DNA of 64,000 nucleotides from Bryobacterales bacterium (GTDB lineage: Bacteria; Acidobacteriota; Terriglobia; Bryobacterales; Bryobacteraceae): contig CAWJDO010000003.1 of assembly GCA_963841635.1 (NCBI GenBank), forward strand, positions 159,820 through 223,819, given 5' to 3'. The notes under the pieces are model-generated. The model searched no databases, had not been told where the DNA came from, and saw only the letters and a list, made by a program, of their open reading frames with translations. Position 1 is the first letter of the stretch. Every line of letters begins with the position of its first letter. The translations under genes were made by a program, and so were the position numbers. Below are positions 53,007 to 60,751 of this stretch, piece by piece.

Positions 53007-54239
53007 CTACTCGTACCGCAGCGCCTCCACCGGATCCAGCCGCGCCGCCTTCGCCGCCGGCCAGATCCCGAAGAACAATCCCACGCCCACCGAGACCGAC
53101 ACGCCCATCCCCACCGCCCACATCGGTATCATCGTCGGCAAATCGGGAAAGACCAGTTTGGCAATCAGCGAAAGCATCCAGCCCAGCAGGATGCCCAGCA
53201 GTCCGCCCACGCCGGTCAGCACCACAGCCTCGGTCAGAAACTGCGCCACCACGTCGCTGCGGCGCGCGCCCACGGCCTTCCGCACGCCGATCTCCTTGGT
53301 GCGCTCCGTCACCGACACCAGCATGATGTTCATCACGCCCACGCCGCCCACCAGCAGCCCGATCGAGCTCAGGATCACCATCACCAGGGCCGTGACCGAC
53401 ATCATGTTCCGGAACTCCTCGATCATCTGCTCGCCGGTGGTGATGTCGAAATTGTCCGGTTCATTCTGCTTGAGGCGCCGCTCCTGGCGCAGAATGCCGT
53501 GCACCTCGTCCGTGGCCTCGGCCACCTTGCCGTCCTGGGCGATCACAATCAGCATGTTCTCCCGGGCGCTGGGATACATCTTCCTCATCGTGAAATAGGG
53601 CAGCAGGATGCGCAGATCCTCCTGCCCCGGGAAGTTCGCCGCGGGCCGGTCCATCGCGCCGATGACCTCCAGTTCGTGCCCGTCCACCTGGATGCGCTTG
53701 CCCACCGGGTCCATCCCCGCGAACCACGACTTCTGAATGTCCTCGCCGATGACGCACACGGGCAGGTGGTGGCGGTTGTCGGTGTCGCTCAGGAAGCGGC
53801 CGAATTTCATGGTGGTTCCGCCGCCGGCGTACGCCTCTTCGGTTCCGCCCATCTCGACGTTGTAGATCTCGTTGCCCTTGTACTTGGCCAGGTGTATGGC
53901 CCGGAAATCCGGGAACAGATACGGACTCACGCCCTTGCAGGACGCGCAGCGCTCGGCAATCGCGCGCCCGTTCTCCACCGTGAGCGGCTTCCGCATCGCT
54001 TCTTCGCGGCTGACGAAGCGAAAGCCGATCTTGAACTTGAACACGATCAAGGTAGTGGGACCGAAGCTGCGGAACACGTTGGAGATCGTTGCGTCCATCC
54101 CGGTGATGATGGACCCCACCCCGATCACCGTGCCCGTCCCGATAATCACGCCCAGGACCGTGAGGAAGCTCCGCATCTTGTGCTCGCGGATGGTGGCCAG
54201 CGCCATGCGCGCCGCCGAGAGAATTTCGGTCCCGCTCAT
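53007..54239 (-). CDS. MacB/FtsX-type ABC transporter permease (MacB periplasmic domain + FtsX), no ATPase adjacent
   Basis: 410 aa from the ATG at 54239 within ORF 53007-54644. Blocks include ALATIREHKMRSFLTVLGVIIGTGTVI, a large periplasmic loop, and the C-terminal FtsX TMs with ERTKEIGVRKAVGARRSDV. Confidence 0.85.
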   Translation of the reverse strand: MSGTEILSAARMALATIREHKMRSFLTVLGVIIGTGTVIGVGSIITGMDATISNVFRSFGPTTLIVFKFKIGFRFVSREEAMRKPLTVENGRAIAERCASCKGVSPYLFPDFRAIHLAKYKGNEIYNVEMGGTEEAYAGGGTTMKFGRFLSDTDNRHHLPVCVIGEDIQKSWFAGMDPVGKRIQVDGHELEVIGAMDRPAANFPGQEDLRILLPYFTMRKMYPSARENMLIVIAQDGKVAEATDEVHGILRQERRLKQNEPDNFDITTGEQMIEEFRNMMSVTALVMVILSSIGLLVGGVGVMNIMLVSVTERTKEIGVRKAVGARRSDVVAQFLTEAVVLTGVGGLLGILLGWMLSLIAKLVFPDLPTMIPMWAVGMGVSVSVGVGLFFGIWPAAKAARLDPVEALRYE

Positions 54240-55477
54240 TTCTCCACCCTCAACGCCTCGATCGGATCGAGCAGCGCCGCGCGCCGCGCCGGGTAGATGC
54301 CGAAGAACAGCCCTACCGAGCCGGAGACCAGCACCGCGATCACCACCGACGACAACGGCACCGCCATCGGCACCGGAGTCGTGTTGCGGACGATGGCGGC
54401 CAGTCCCCAAGCCGTCGCCACCCCGATCACTCCACCGCTCGCGGCCAGCATCGAGGACTCCACCAGAAACTGGCTCAGGATATCCCGCTTGCGCGCGCCC
54501 ACCGACTTCCGGATTCCGATTTCGTGCGTGCGCTCGCTCACCACCGCCAGCATGATGTTCATGATGACCACCCCGCCCACCACCATGAACACGGAAACGA
54601 TCGCCACGGCGGCGGCTGCGATCGCGCCGGTCAGCCGGTCCCATGCTTCGGTGAGCGATTCCGATCCGACGATGGCGAAGTTGTCGTCGTCCTTCGGTTT
54701 CAGGTGGCGGAAACTGCGCATGAGCACGCGCACCTCGTCCTGTGCCCGCTCGATGTGGTCGCGGTCGAGCGCGGCGGCGAAAAAGTTGACGTCCGACTGC
54801 GTGCCGAACATCTTGTAATAGGTTCCGATAGGCACCATCACGAAGTTGTCGCGGCTCTGGCCGAAAACGCTACCCTGCGCCTTGGCCACTCCGATCACCT
54901 CGAACGGCCGCCCCTGTAGCTCGATGAACTTGCCCACCGGATTCGCATTCGGGAAAAACTTCTCGCTCACCTCGTTGCCGAGGAAGGTCACGGCCTGCCG
55001 CCTTTGGTCGTCCGATTCCGAGAAGAACCGTCCCGCGACCACCTGTATATTGGCGATGGCGGACATGTTGCTGGTCACCCCGCGCAGCAGAATGCTATCG
55101 ACGTCTTGCTTCTGGTAATGCGCCGGCACGCCGCGGTAGCCTTCCATGCCCATGTCGCGGCACATGGTGACATGGCTTCTGAGGAACTCGAACTCCTCCT
55201 TGCGGAGCTTCGGGTTGCGGCGCTGCAACTCCAGGTACTTCTTGGGGTTGTTCTCTCCGATCATGGCCAGCCGCACCACCCGGAAACCATCGCCCCCCAT
55301 ATCGGAAACCTGCTGCCCTATATAGAGGTCCATGCCGTGGATCACCGCCATGACCGCGATCAAGGTGGTGGTAGCGAGGATGATCCCCAGGAGCGTGAGG
55401 AAGCTTCGCAGCTTGCTCCCGCGAAGCGATCCCACGGCCACCGACACAGCTTCGGCAATGGAAGCGTTGGACTTCAT
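54236..55477 (-). CDS. MacB/FtsX-type ABC transporter permease, paralogue
   Basis: 413 aa from the ATG at 55477 within ORF 54236-55720. Blocks include VGSLRGSKLRSFLTLLGIILATTTLI and ERTHEIGIRKSVGARKRDI. It shares an ATGA overlap with the downstream permease. Confidence 0.85.
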   Translation of the reverse strand: MKSNASIAEAVSVAVGSLRGSKLRSFLTLLGIILATTTLIAVMAVIHGMDLYIGQQVSDMGGDGFRVVRLAMIGENNPKKYLELQRRNPKLRKEEFEFLRSHVTMCRDMGMEGYRGVPAHYQKQDVDSILLRGVTSNMSAIANIQVVAGRFFSESDDQRRQAVTFLGNEVSEKFFPNANPVGKFIELQGRPFEVIGVAKAQGSVFGQSRDNFVMVPIGTYYKMFGTQSDVNFFAAALDRDHIERAQDEVRVLMRSFRHLKPKDDDNFAIVGSESLTEAWDRLTGAIAAAAVAIVSVFMVVGGVVIMNIMLAVVSERTHEIGIRKSVGARKRDILSQFLVESSMLAASGGVIGVATAWGLAAIVRNTTPVPMAVPLSSVVIAVLVSGSVGLFFGIYPARRAALLDPIEALRVEK

Positions 55478-55515
55478 CGAAAGGAAGACGAACGGGGAGA
55501 GGGAATTGTTCCAAA

Positions 55516-55660
55516 GGCGCTCGTCGCTTGTCGCTCGTCGCCCGTCGATCCGCGCCGCGAGCTCGTGGGCTTCGCATCGCGACGAATCCCGGTTCGCGAA
55601 GCGGTACAACTCCATCTGAATCAACGCACGACGAGCGACGGGCGACAAGCGACGAGCGCC
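55516..55660. repeat. Family-E element, second copy (32-bp arms of four 7-bp CGC[T/C][C/T]GT units)
   Basis: GGCGCTCGTCGCTTGTCGCTCGTCGCCCGTCG lies at 55516-55547 and CGACGAGCGACGGGCGACAAGCGACGAGCGCC at 55629-55660. The outer 19 bp are perfectly complementary. The core again contains GGCTTCGCATCGCGACGA...GCGAAGC. Confidence 0.85.
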
Positions 55661-55827
55661 GCCGCAGGCGGCCGCCCCGGCGGCTCGGGAACTTTTTCGG
55701 ACCCGCGGGTGTCTATACAATTGCAGGAAGCCAGGATTCCTGATAGGTTGAAGGTGGAAACTGCCGTAGAGGTTCAGCCGTGGCAGATGTAACCCTTCAT
55801 CTCGGCACTGCGGTCGAAGTCGGACCG

Positions 55828-56466
55828 ATGGACGTCCTTCGGGAGCGCCGGGACACCGGTGACGATTCCCGGCTCGTGGAAGGGCTTCGGCAAGGGACCG
55901 AGGCGGCTTACGAGGCGCTCATAGCCGAGTATCAGCAGCCGGTCTATAACTTAGCGGTGCGGCTGCTGAGCGATTCCGCCGACGCCTCCGACGTGGTTCA
56001 GGAAGTCTTTCTGAAAGTCTTCCGCAAGATTGGCGCCTTCCGCGGCGATAGCAGCCTGAAGACCTGGATCTACCGGATCGCGGTGAACGAGGCCTACAAC
56101 TACCAGCGGTGGTTTGGGCGCCATCGGAAGCAGGAAATCGGCCTCGAGGAAGAGGAGGAGGGGAGCCTGAACTATTCGCAGGTGCTGTCCGACCCGGCGC
56201 GCTCTCCCTTCGACCGCGCCTCCGACGGCGAGCAGCACAAACTGGTGGAGGCCGCGCTGGCTCGCTTGAACCCGAGCTACCGGATGGCGGTGGTGCTGAG
56301 GGATATCGAGGAATTGAGCTACGAGGAGATCGCTGAGATCCTCCAGGTGGCTCTCGGAACCGTGAAGTCACGTATATTGCGTGGACGTGAGGCGTTACGA
56401 AAAGAGCTGGCAGGACGGTTAGAGCCGGAACAGGTCCTGCGCTTGACGCCACAACCGGCTGAGTGA
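55828..56466 (+). CDS. ECF-type RNA polymerase sigma-70 family factor
   Basis: ORF 55780-56466, with a likely ATG at 55828. Region 2 reads YQQPVYNLAVRLLSDSADASDVVQEVFLKVFRK...TWIYRIAVNEAYNYQR. Region 4 reads LRDIEELSYEEIAEILQVALGTVKSRILRGREALR. Confidence 0.85.
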   Translation: MDVLRERRDTGDDSRLVEGLRQGTEAAYEALIAEYQQPVYNLAVRLLSDSADASDVVQEVFLKVFRKIGAFRGDSSLKTWIYRIAVNEAYNYQRWFGRHRKQEIGLEEEEEGSLNYSQVLSDPARSPFDRASDGEQHKLVEAALARLNPSYRMAVVLRDIEELSYEEIAEILQVALGTVKSRILRGREALRKELAGRLEPEQVLRLTPQPAE

Positions 56467-56470
56467 AGCT

Positions 56471-57157
56471 ATGAACTGCGCTACTGTCCAGAATTCACTC
56501 TCCGCACACCTCGATGGCTGTCTGCCCAAAGAGGAACGGGAAAGGGTTTCGTTGCACGTAGCCCGCTGCGGCAGGTGCCAGTCGCGGCTGGAGCAGTTGG
56601 CGCGGGTGCGTGCCGCCGTGCGGTCGCTGCCGGCCGAACCAGTTCCGGCGAAGGTGACTATGGCCCTACGTGTGATCGCCTCCAAGGAGCGCGCACGGGT
56701 AGCGGCGCGCCGGGGACGGTTCGACCTCCTGCCCGGCCGGTTGCGCCTGTGGGCGGACAACCTGATGCGCCCCTTGGCGCTGCCGTTTGCCGGCGGCTTC
56801 GTCTCCGCCGTGGTCCTTTTCGCCATGCTCATTCCGAGTTTCGCGTTCCACCCCATGACGGGGCACGACGTTCCGTTCGGGCTCTCCACCGAGCCCACGT
56901 TCAAAGACCAGGTGTCGTTCGGATTCGACAGCGATACCGCCGATTTCGTGGTCGAGGTGGTAGTGGACGGCGAGGGCCGCATGGCCGATTTCGCGGTGGT
57001 CCAGGGGCCGTCGCTGGCACAGAACCCCGGGCTCAAGCGCCTGATCGAGCGCAAGCTGCTCTTCACGCAGTTCACTCCCGCCACCATGTTCGGCCGCCCC
57101 ACTTCCGGCAAGATGTACATCTCGTTCCAGCGGCAACAGGTCAACGTCAAGAGCTAA
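56471..57157 (+). CDS. Anti-sigma factor with an N-terminal zf-HC2 motif, one TM and an extracytoplasmic C-terminal domain
   Basis: 228 aa. The N-terminus MNCATVQNSLSAHLDGCLPKEERERVSLHVARCGRCQ fits the H-x3-C-x2-C type. There is a TM segment (LPFAGGFVSAVVLFAMLIP). It lies 4 nt downstream of the sigma gene. Confidence 0.7.
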   Translation: MNCATVQNSLSAHLDGCLPKEERERVSLHVARCGRCQSRLEQLARVRAAVRSLPAEPVPAKVTMALRVIASKERARVAARRGRFDLLPGRLRLWADNLMRPLALPFAGGFVSAVVLFAMLIPSFAFHPMTGHDVPFGLSTEPTFKDQVSFGFDSDTADFVVEVVVDGEGRMADFAVVQGPSLAQNPGLKRLIERKLLFTQFTPATMFGRPTSGKMYISFQRQQVNVKS

Positions 57158-57166
57158 CGCGTCTAC

Positions 57167-57904
57167 GTGGCTCACGCTAAACTCGGACAACACTTTCTGA
57201 CCGCGCGCGATGTTCTTGCGCGCCTCGCCGAAGCGGCCTGCCCCACACGCGAACCCCTGGTGATCGAGATCGGGCCAGGGCGCGGCGCTCTCACGGAGTT
57301 CCTGCTGGAGCGAGCGGACCGCGTGGTGGCCATCGAGCTGGACCGCGTCCTCGCTGCCGGATTGCGGCAGCGGTTCCCGCGGGTCGAGGTGGTCGAAGCG
57401 GACGTTCTGGACACCGACCTGAGCCAGTGGGGCCCGGCGGCGCTGGCGGGCAACCTGCCCTACTACATCACCTCGCCGATTCTGGACCGCATCTTCAGCA
57501 TGGCGGGGACGCTGCGGCGCGCGGTGGTGCTGGTGCAGCTCGAGGTGGCCGAGCGGCTGGTGGCCAAGGCGGGCACGCGCGACTACGGGTTTCTGACCGT
57601 CCAGACGCTGTGCTTCACCACGCCGGAAATCCTGTTCCGAGTGCCGCCCGCCGCGTTTTCCCCGCCCCCGAAGGTGGAATCGGCGGCGGTGCGCCTGGAG
57701 CCGCGGACGGTGATCGAAGACGCCGCCGGATTCCTCGAATTCGCGGGCCGCTCCTTCCGCCACAAGCGCAAGACCCTGCGCAACAACCTGCGGCCCTTCT
57801 ACCGGAAACTGGTGGACGTGTGGCCCGAAGCGCGGCTGCGAGCCGAGCAGATCCCGCTGGACGACTTCGTCGCGCTCTACCGGCGGGTGCGGCAGGAAAG
57901 TTGA
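57167..57904 (+). CDS. rsmA: 16S rRNA (adenine1518/1519-N6)-dimethyltransferase RsmA/KsgA
   Basis: 245 aa with a GTG start. Blocks include KLGQHFL, the SAM motif VIEIGPGRGALT, GNLPYYITSPIL and FSPPPKVESAVV-like. Confidence 0.9.
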   Translation: MAHAKLGQHFLTARDVLARLAEAACPTREPLVIEIGPGRGALTEFLLERADRVVAIELDRVLAAGLRQRFPRVEVVEADVLDTDLSQWGPAALAGNLPYYITSPILDRIFSMAGTLRRAVVLVQLEVAERLVAKAGTRDYGFLTVQTLCFTTPEILFRVPPAAFSPPPKVESAAVRLEPRTVIEDAAGFLEFAGRSFRHKRKTLRNNLRPFYRKLVDVWPEARLRAEQIPLDDFVALYRRVRQES

Positions 57905-57923
57905 ATCGGAGCCGGGCAGGAAC

Positions 57924-58091
57924 TCACAGGTCCTCCGCAAGAACTTGCAGAGCAATCGCCTTTGCCGTCCGTGCCGCCTCGTCCTGGGTGGCACCATAAG
58001 CCATCACGCCCGGCAGGGCGGGAACTGCCGCCAGCCAGCGTCCGTCCTCTTCCCTTTCGGTCTCGACCTGCAGCGGATGGATCTCAGCCAC
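57924..58091 (-). CDS. hicB: HicB-like (UPF0150) antitoxin-family small protein
   Basis: ORF 57924-58157. The proposed GTG start at 58091 gives the 55-aa VAEIHPLQVETEREEDGRWLAAVPALPGVMAYGATQDEAARTAKAIALQVLAEDL, which is the typical HicB N-domain pattern. Confidence 0.6.
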   Translation of the reverse strand: MAEIHPLQVETEREEDGRWLAAVPALPGVMAYGATQDEAARTAKAIALQVLAEDL

Positions 58092-58175
58092 TCGAGTGAT
58101 CCCTTGCCGCGAACGCCGTAGCCTCGGCAGCAAAGTCCGGGCACAATCCGTGGCCACGAGTTTGCACCAGCCGAT
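58092..58175 (-). pseudogene. Possible hicA toxin remnant (frameshifted and truncated)
   Basis: In two different frames the 84 nt between the vsr stop and the hicB start read ...NRLVQTRGHG... (compare the HicA LVRxxGSH block) and ...ARTLLPRLRRSRQGIT... (compare the HicA C-terminal GTLRxILxQAGI block). There is no intact ORF. Confidence 0.25.
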
Positions 58176-58592
58176 TCAAGAACCGCGGCGGGTTTGTACG
58201 GCTCTTTCTACGCGCGCAAGCGCCGAGTCCGATCCGACCTTGCATTCCCAGATCCGTATAACGCTCCATCCCGCTCGTCTGAGCCGCTGAGCGACACGAA
58301 TGTCGCGCCTGCGATTGTCCCTGACTTTCCTTCGCCAGAACTTGACGTTACTCTTAGACGGCCTGTCGCAGCGAGGGCACCCATGCCAGAAACAGCCGTC
58401 CACGAAGACGGCCACCTTCAGGGCGGGCCATGCGAAATCGGGCTTTCCGGAGACCGGCCACTGGGTTCGATAGCCGGTCAGGCCGGCCCTGCGCAGCCGT
58501 GCGGCAAGAGCCTTCTCGGTAGTCCCGCTACCCGAACTCTTGACCGATGCCATGATCCGCGACCGGACTTCCTTCGGAACATGGTCCACCAC
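58176..58592 (-). CDS. vsr: Very-short-patch repair endonuclease Vsr
   Basis: 138 aa from the GTG at 58592, the C-terminal part of ORF 58176-59168. Blocks include RSRIMASVKSSGSGTEK-type, GKPDFAWPALKVAVFVDGCFWHGC, NVKFWRRKVRDNRRRD and AGWSVIRIWEC. It starts 9 nt after the upstream stop codon. Confidence 0.85.
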   Translation of the reverse strand: MVDHVPKEVRSRIMASVKSSGSGTTEKALAARLRRAGLTGYRTQWPVSGKPDFAWPALKVAVFVDGCFWHGCPRCDRPSKSNVKFWRRKVRDNRRRDIRVAQRLRRAGWSVIRIWECKVGSDSALARVERAVQTRRGS

Positions 58593-58600
58593 TCGCGCTC

Positions 58601-59395
58601 CTACCGTTCGCCGTAGCTCTTCAACTCCTCGGCAGTAATTTGGTCTGACGGAACGAGCTTGTAGTGTTTTTCGTCGACCACGCGGATCTGCGCGTCCTGG
58701 ATCGCAAGTTCGAACATGGCAATGACGCCGTCGGGCATCAACTGAGCCGACAGCGGCCGGCATTTGAGAGTCGCGAACTTCTCGTTGCAGCACGCGATAT
58801 CTTGCTGCGTCTGGATGACCGCAAGTTGGTCGGTACCGCCCTTCGCCTGTACCGGGATGACAAACTGCTGACCGCTGCGGCTTAAGCCGACGTACAACTC
58901 GTCTATCTCGATCTGGCCCAGCCCTTCGACCGTTGTGCGGAGGTGGTTCTGCAGGGAGTAGGCAGTGATGCCGAGGAACACGTCCACTAAGCGGTTGTAC
59001 CTCACCCTGGCCAGAAGCGCTTGCTCGTCCCCTTTGGCGTATGCGGCAATGATCTCCGGCGTCGAGTCGGGGATCTTGATGACCACCAGATCCTCGCGCG
59101 GAAGAATCCGGCTGACACGTGCGAGTCGGAATCGATACTTTCCCCGACCGGCCGGCTCGATGATCCACTCAAGGTCGCCGGTCGCCGTCGATCTGATCCG
59201 CTGTGGCAGAGGCTTTCGGTAGCGGAAGGAGTAGATGAGATCGCCGAGGTTCTTGGGATCGTCCAAGCCGAGCGCCTTGGCGGCTTCCGTGAGCTCGATC
59301 CGGTCGAATTCGAACTCGCTCACGCCCGCTCGGTAATGATCGCCGAATACGCGGCCGATTATTGCGTCGTATAGCGGCTCGTCAGACATACGCAT
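58601..59395 (-). CDS. Putative type II restriction endonuclease (cognate to the adjacent C5-methyltransferase), specificity unknown
   Basis: 264 aa. It overlaps the methyltransferase 3' end by 14 nt and is followed by vsr. It has a possible PD-(D/E)xK-like core (GQIEIDELYV...FVIPVQAKGG). The family was not identified. Confidence 0.55.
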   Translation of the reverse strand: MRMSDEPLYDAIIGRVFGDHYRAGVSEFEFDRIELTEAAKALGLDDPKNLGDLIYSFRYRKPLPQRIRSTATGDLEWIIEPAGRGKYRFRLARVSRILPREDLVVIKIPDSTPEIIAAYAKGDEQALLARVRYNRLVDVFLGITAYSLQNHLRTTVEGLGQIEIDELYVGLSRSGQQFVIPVQAKGGTDQLAVIQTQQDIACCNEKFATLKCRPLSAQLMPDGVIAMFELAIQDAQIRVVDEKHYKLVPSDQITAEELKSYGER

Positions 59396-60650
59396 TCTCA
59401 GTCGTCTTCCGCAGTCGTTGGGGAATGGTCGACGAAGGGACGCCGTACTTCGCCGCGGCCTCCGACATGTTCATTTCCAGCAATGAAGGATCGCCTACGT
59501 TGCCAGTCTTTGCCTTCCGGGGCCTCGTTGTCAATTGCTCCGCGACCTTCGACGCTACCGCCTCGGCCAGCAAAGGAGGCACGGAGTTGCCGATCTGCCG
59601 AAACCCGTGCCACTTCGTAACATGGAACCGAAACCAGTCTGGGTACGAGTGGAGCCTCGCCGCCTCGCGAACGGTGATGCAGCGCGGCGACTTGGGGTGG
59701 ATCGGCCTTGGCGATGTGAACGCTCCCCGATCACTGGCAGTCCCAGCCCTAAGGGTGTTGCAGATGCCATTTGGATCGAGTTTGTGGAAACGGCTGATTG
59801 GCTCGGTGTCGCCGAACGGCGTGCGGGCAAATCGAACCATGGAGTCCTGCGTATGCACGGTGCGCAGGCTCGAACTCAGCAGTTCAAGCTTCTCGTGACC
59901 CATCTGCTGGCGGAGAGAAGCTGCATACGCGCTGGGTTTACCGAATTCTGCGAAAACCCAGTCGCGTTCCAGCAGTTCGTGAAAACGGTCGGCCTCAGGC
60001 ACGTCCCCGATGGCATCCCACACGGTGGGCGTCCTCGGCACCTCCGGGAACATGACTGCCTCGGCATCGGTGGCGTGGCTGACCTCCGGGTAGCCCGGCA
60101 GCGGCATTCCTCGTCTAGCACCAAGGAGGAAGAGCCTGCGGCGGTCCTGAGGAACGCCGAAGCTGGCAGCGTTGAGGACGCGGTACCGCTTCTCGACGTC
60201 GTAGCCCTTCTCTTCAAAGGCGTCGATGATTTCACATAAGAACTTCCGGTGCTCGCCGACGGTGAGCCCCTTTACGTTCTCGAAAATAAAGAACTTGGGC
60301 TTCAGTTCGGTCACCAACCGGACAAAGTGATAGACCAAGTGGTTGCGTGGGTCTTCCAGCACTCGCTTGCCGATCATGCTGAAGCCCTGGCAGGGCGCGC
60401 CGCCGAACACGACGTCAATGTCTTCGTCGTCGATTCGCGAATGCTCACGGATATAGCGTCCGTCTATGTCGGCTACGCTCCGACAGATCGTCGCACATTC
60501 TGGAAAATTGAACTCGTGGATTGCGCAGTGGATGGGGTCGTACTCAACCGCCGCCATAACCTCGAAACCGGCTCGCTGGAACCCGAGGCTCATGCCCCCG
60601 GCTCCTGCGAACAGATCCACACCGATCAGCTTAGCTGTGGCCATCGTCAT
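59382..60650 (-). CDS. DNA (cytosine-5)-methyltransferase
   Basis: 422 aa with motif I (GVDLFAGAGGMSLGF), motif IV (GGAPCQGFS), motif VI (FIFENVKGL), motif VIII (LNAASFGVPQDRRRLFL) and motif X (RQIGNSVPPLLA). Confidence 0.93.
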   Translation of the reverse strand: MTMATAKLIGVDLFAGAGGMSLGFQRAGFEVMAAVEYDPIHCAIHEFNFPECATICRSVADIDGRYIREHSRIDDEDIDVVFGGAPCQGFSMIGKRVLEDPRNHLVYHFVRLVTELKPKFFIFENVKGLTVGEHRKFLCEIIDAFEEKGYDVEKRYRVLNAASFGVPQDRRRLFLLGARRGMPLPGYPEVSHATDAEAVMFPEVPRTPTVWDAIGDVPEADRFHELLERDWVFAEFGKPSAYAASLRQQMGHEKLELLSSSLRTVHTQDSMVRFARTPFGDTEPISRFHKLDPNGICNTLRAGTASDRGAFTSPRPIHPKSPRCITVREAARLHSYPDWFRFHVTKWHGFRQIGNSVPPLLAEAVASKVAEQLTTRPRKAKTGNVGDPSLLEMNMSEAAAKYGVPSSTIPQRLRKTTENAYV

Positions 60651-60751
60651 CCTATATTATCGGCAAAACGAGGCCGGAGGAGAAGAAACATCGAAAGCGC
60701 CTCCTGCAACCCCTTCGCCGGACGATGACCGCCGATCCCTGGCCATCTTCC

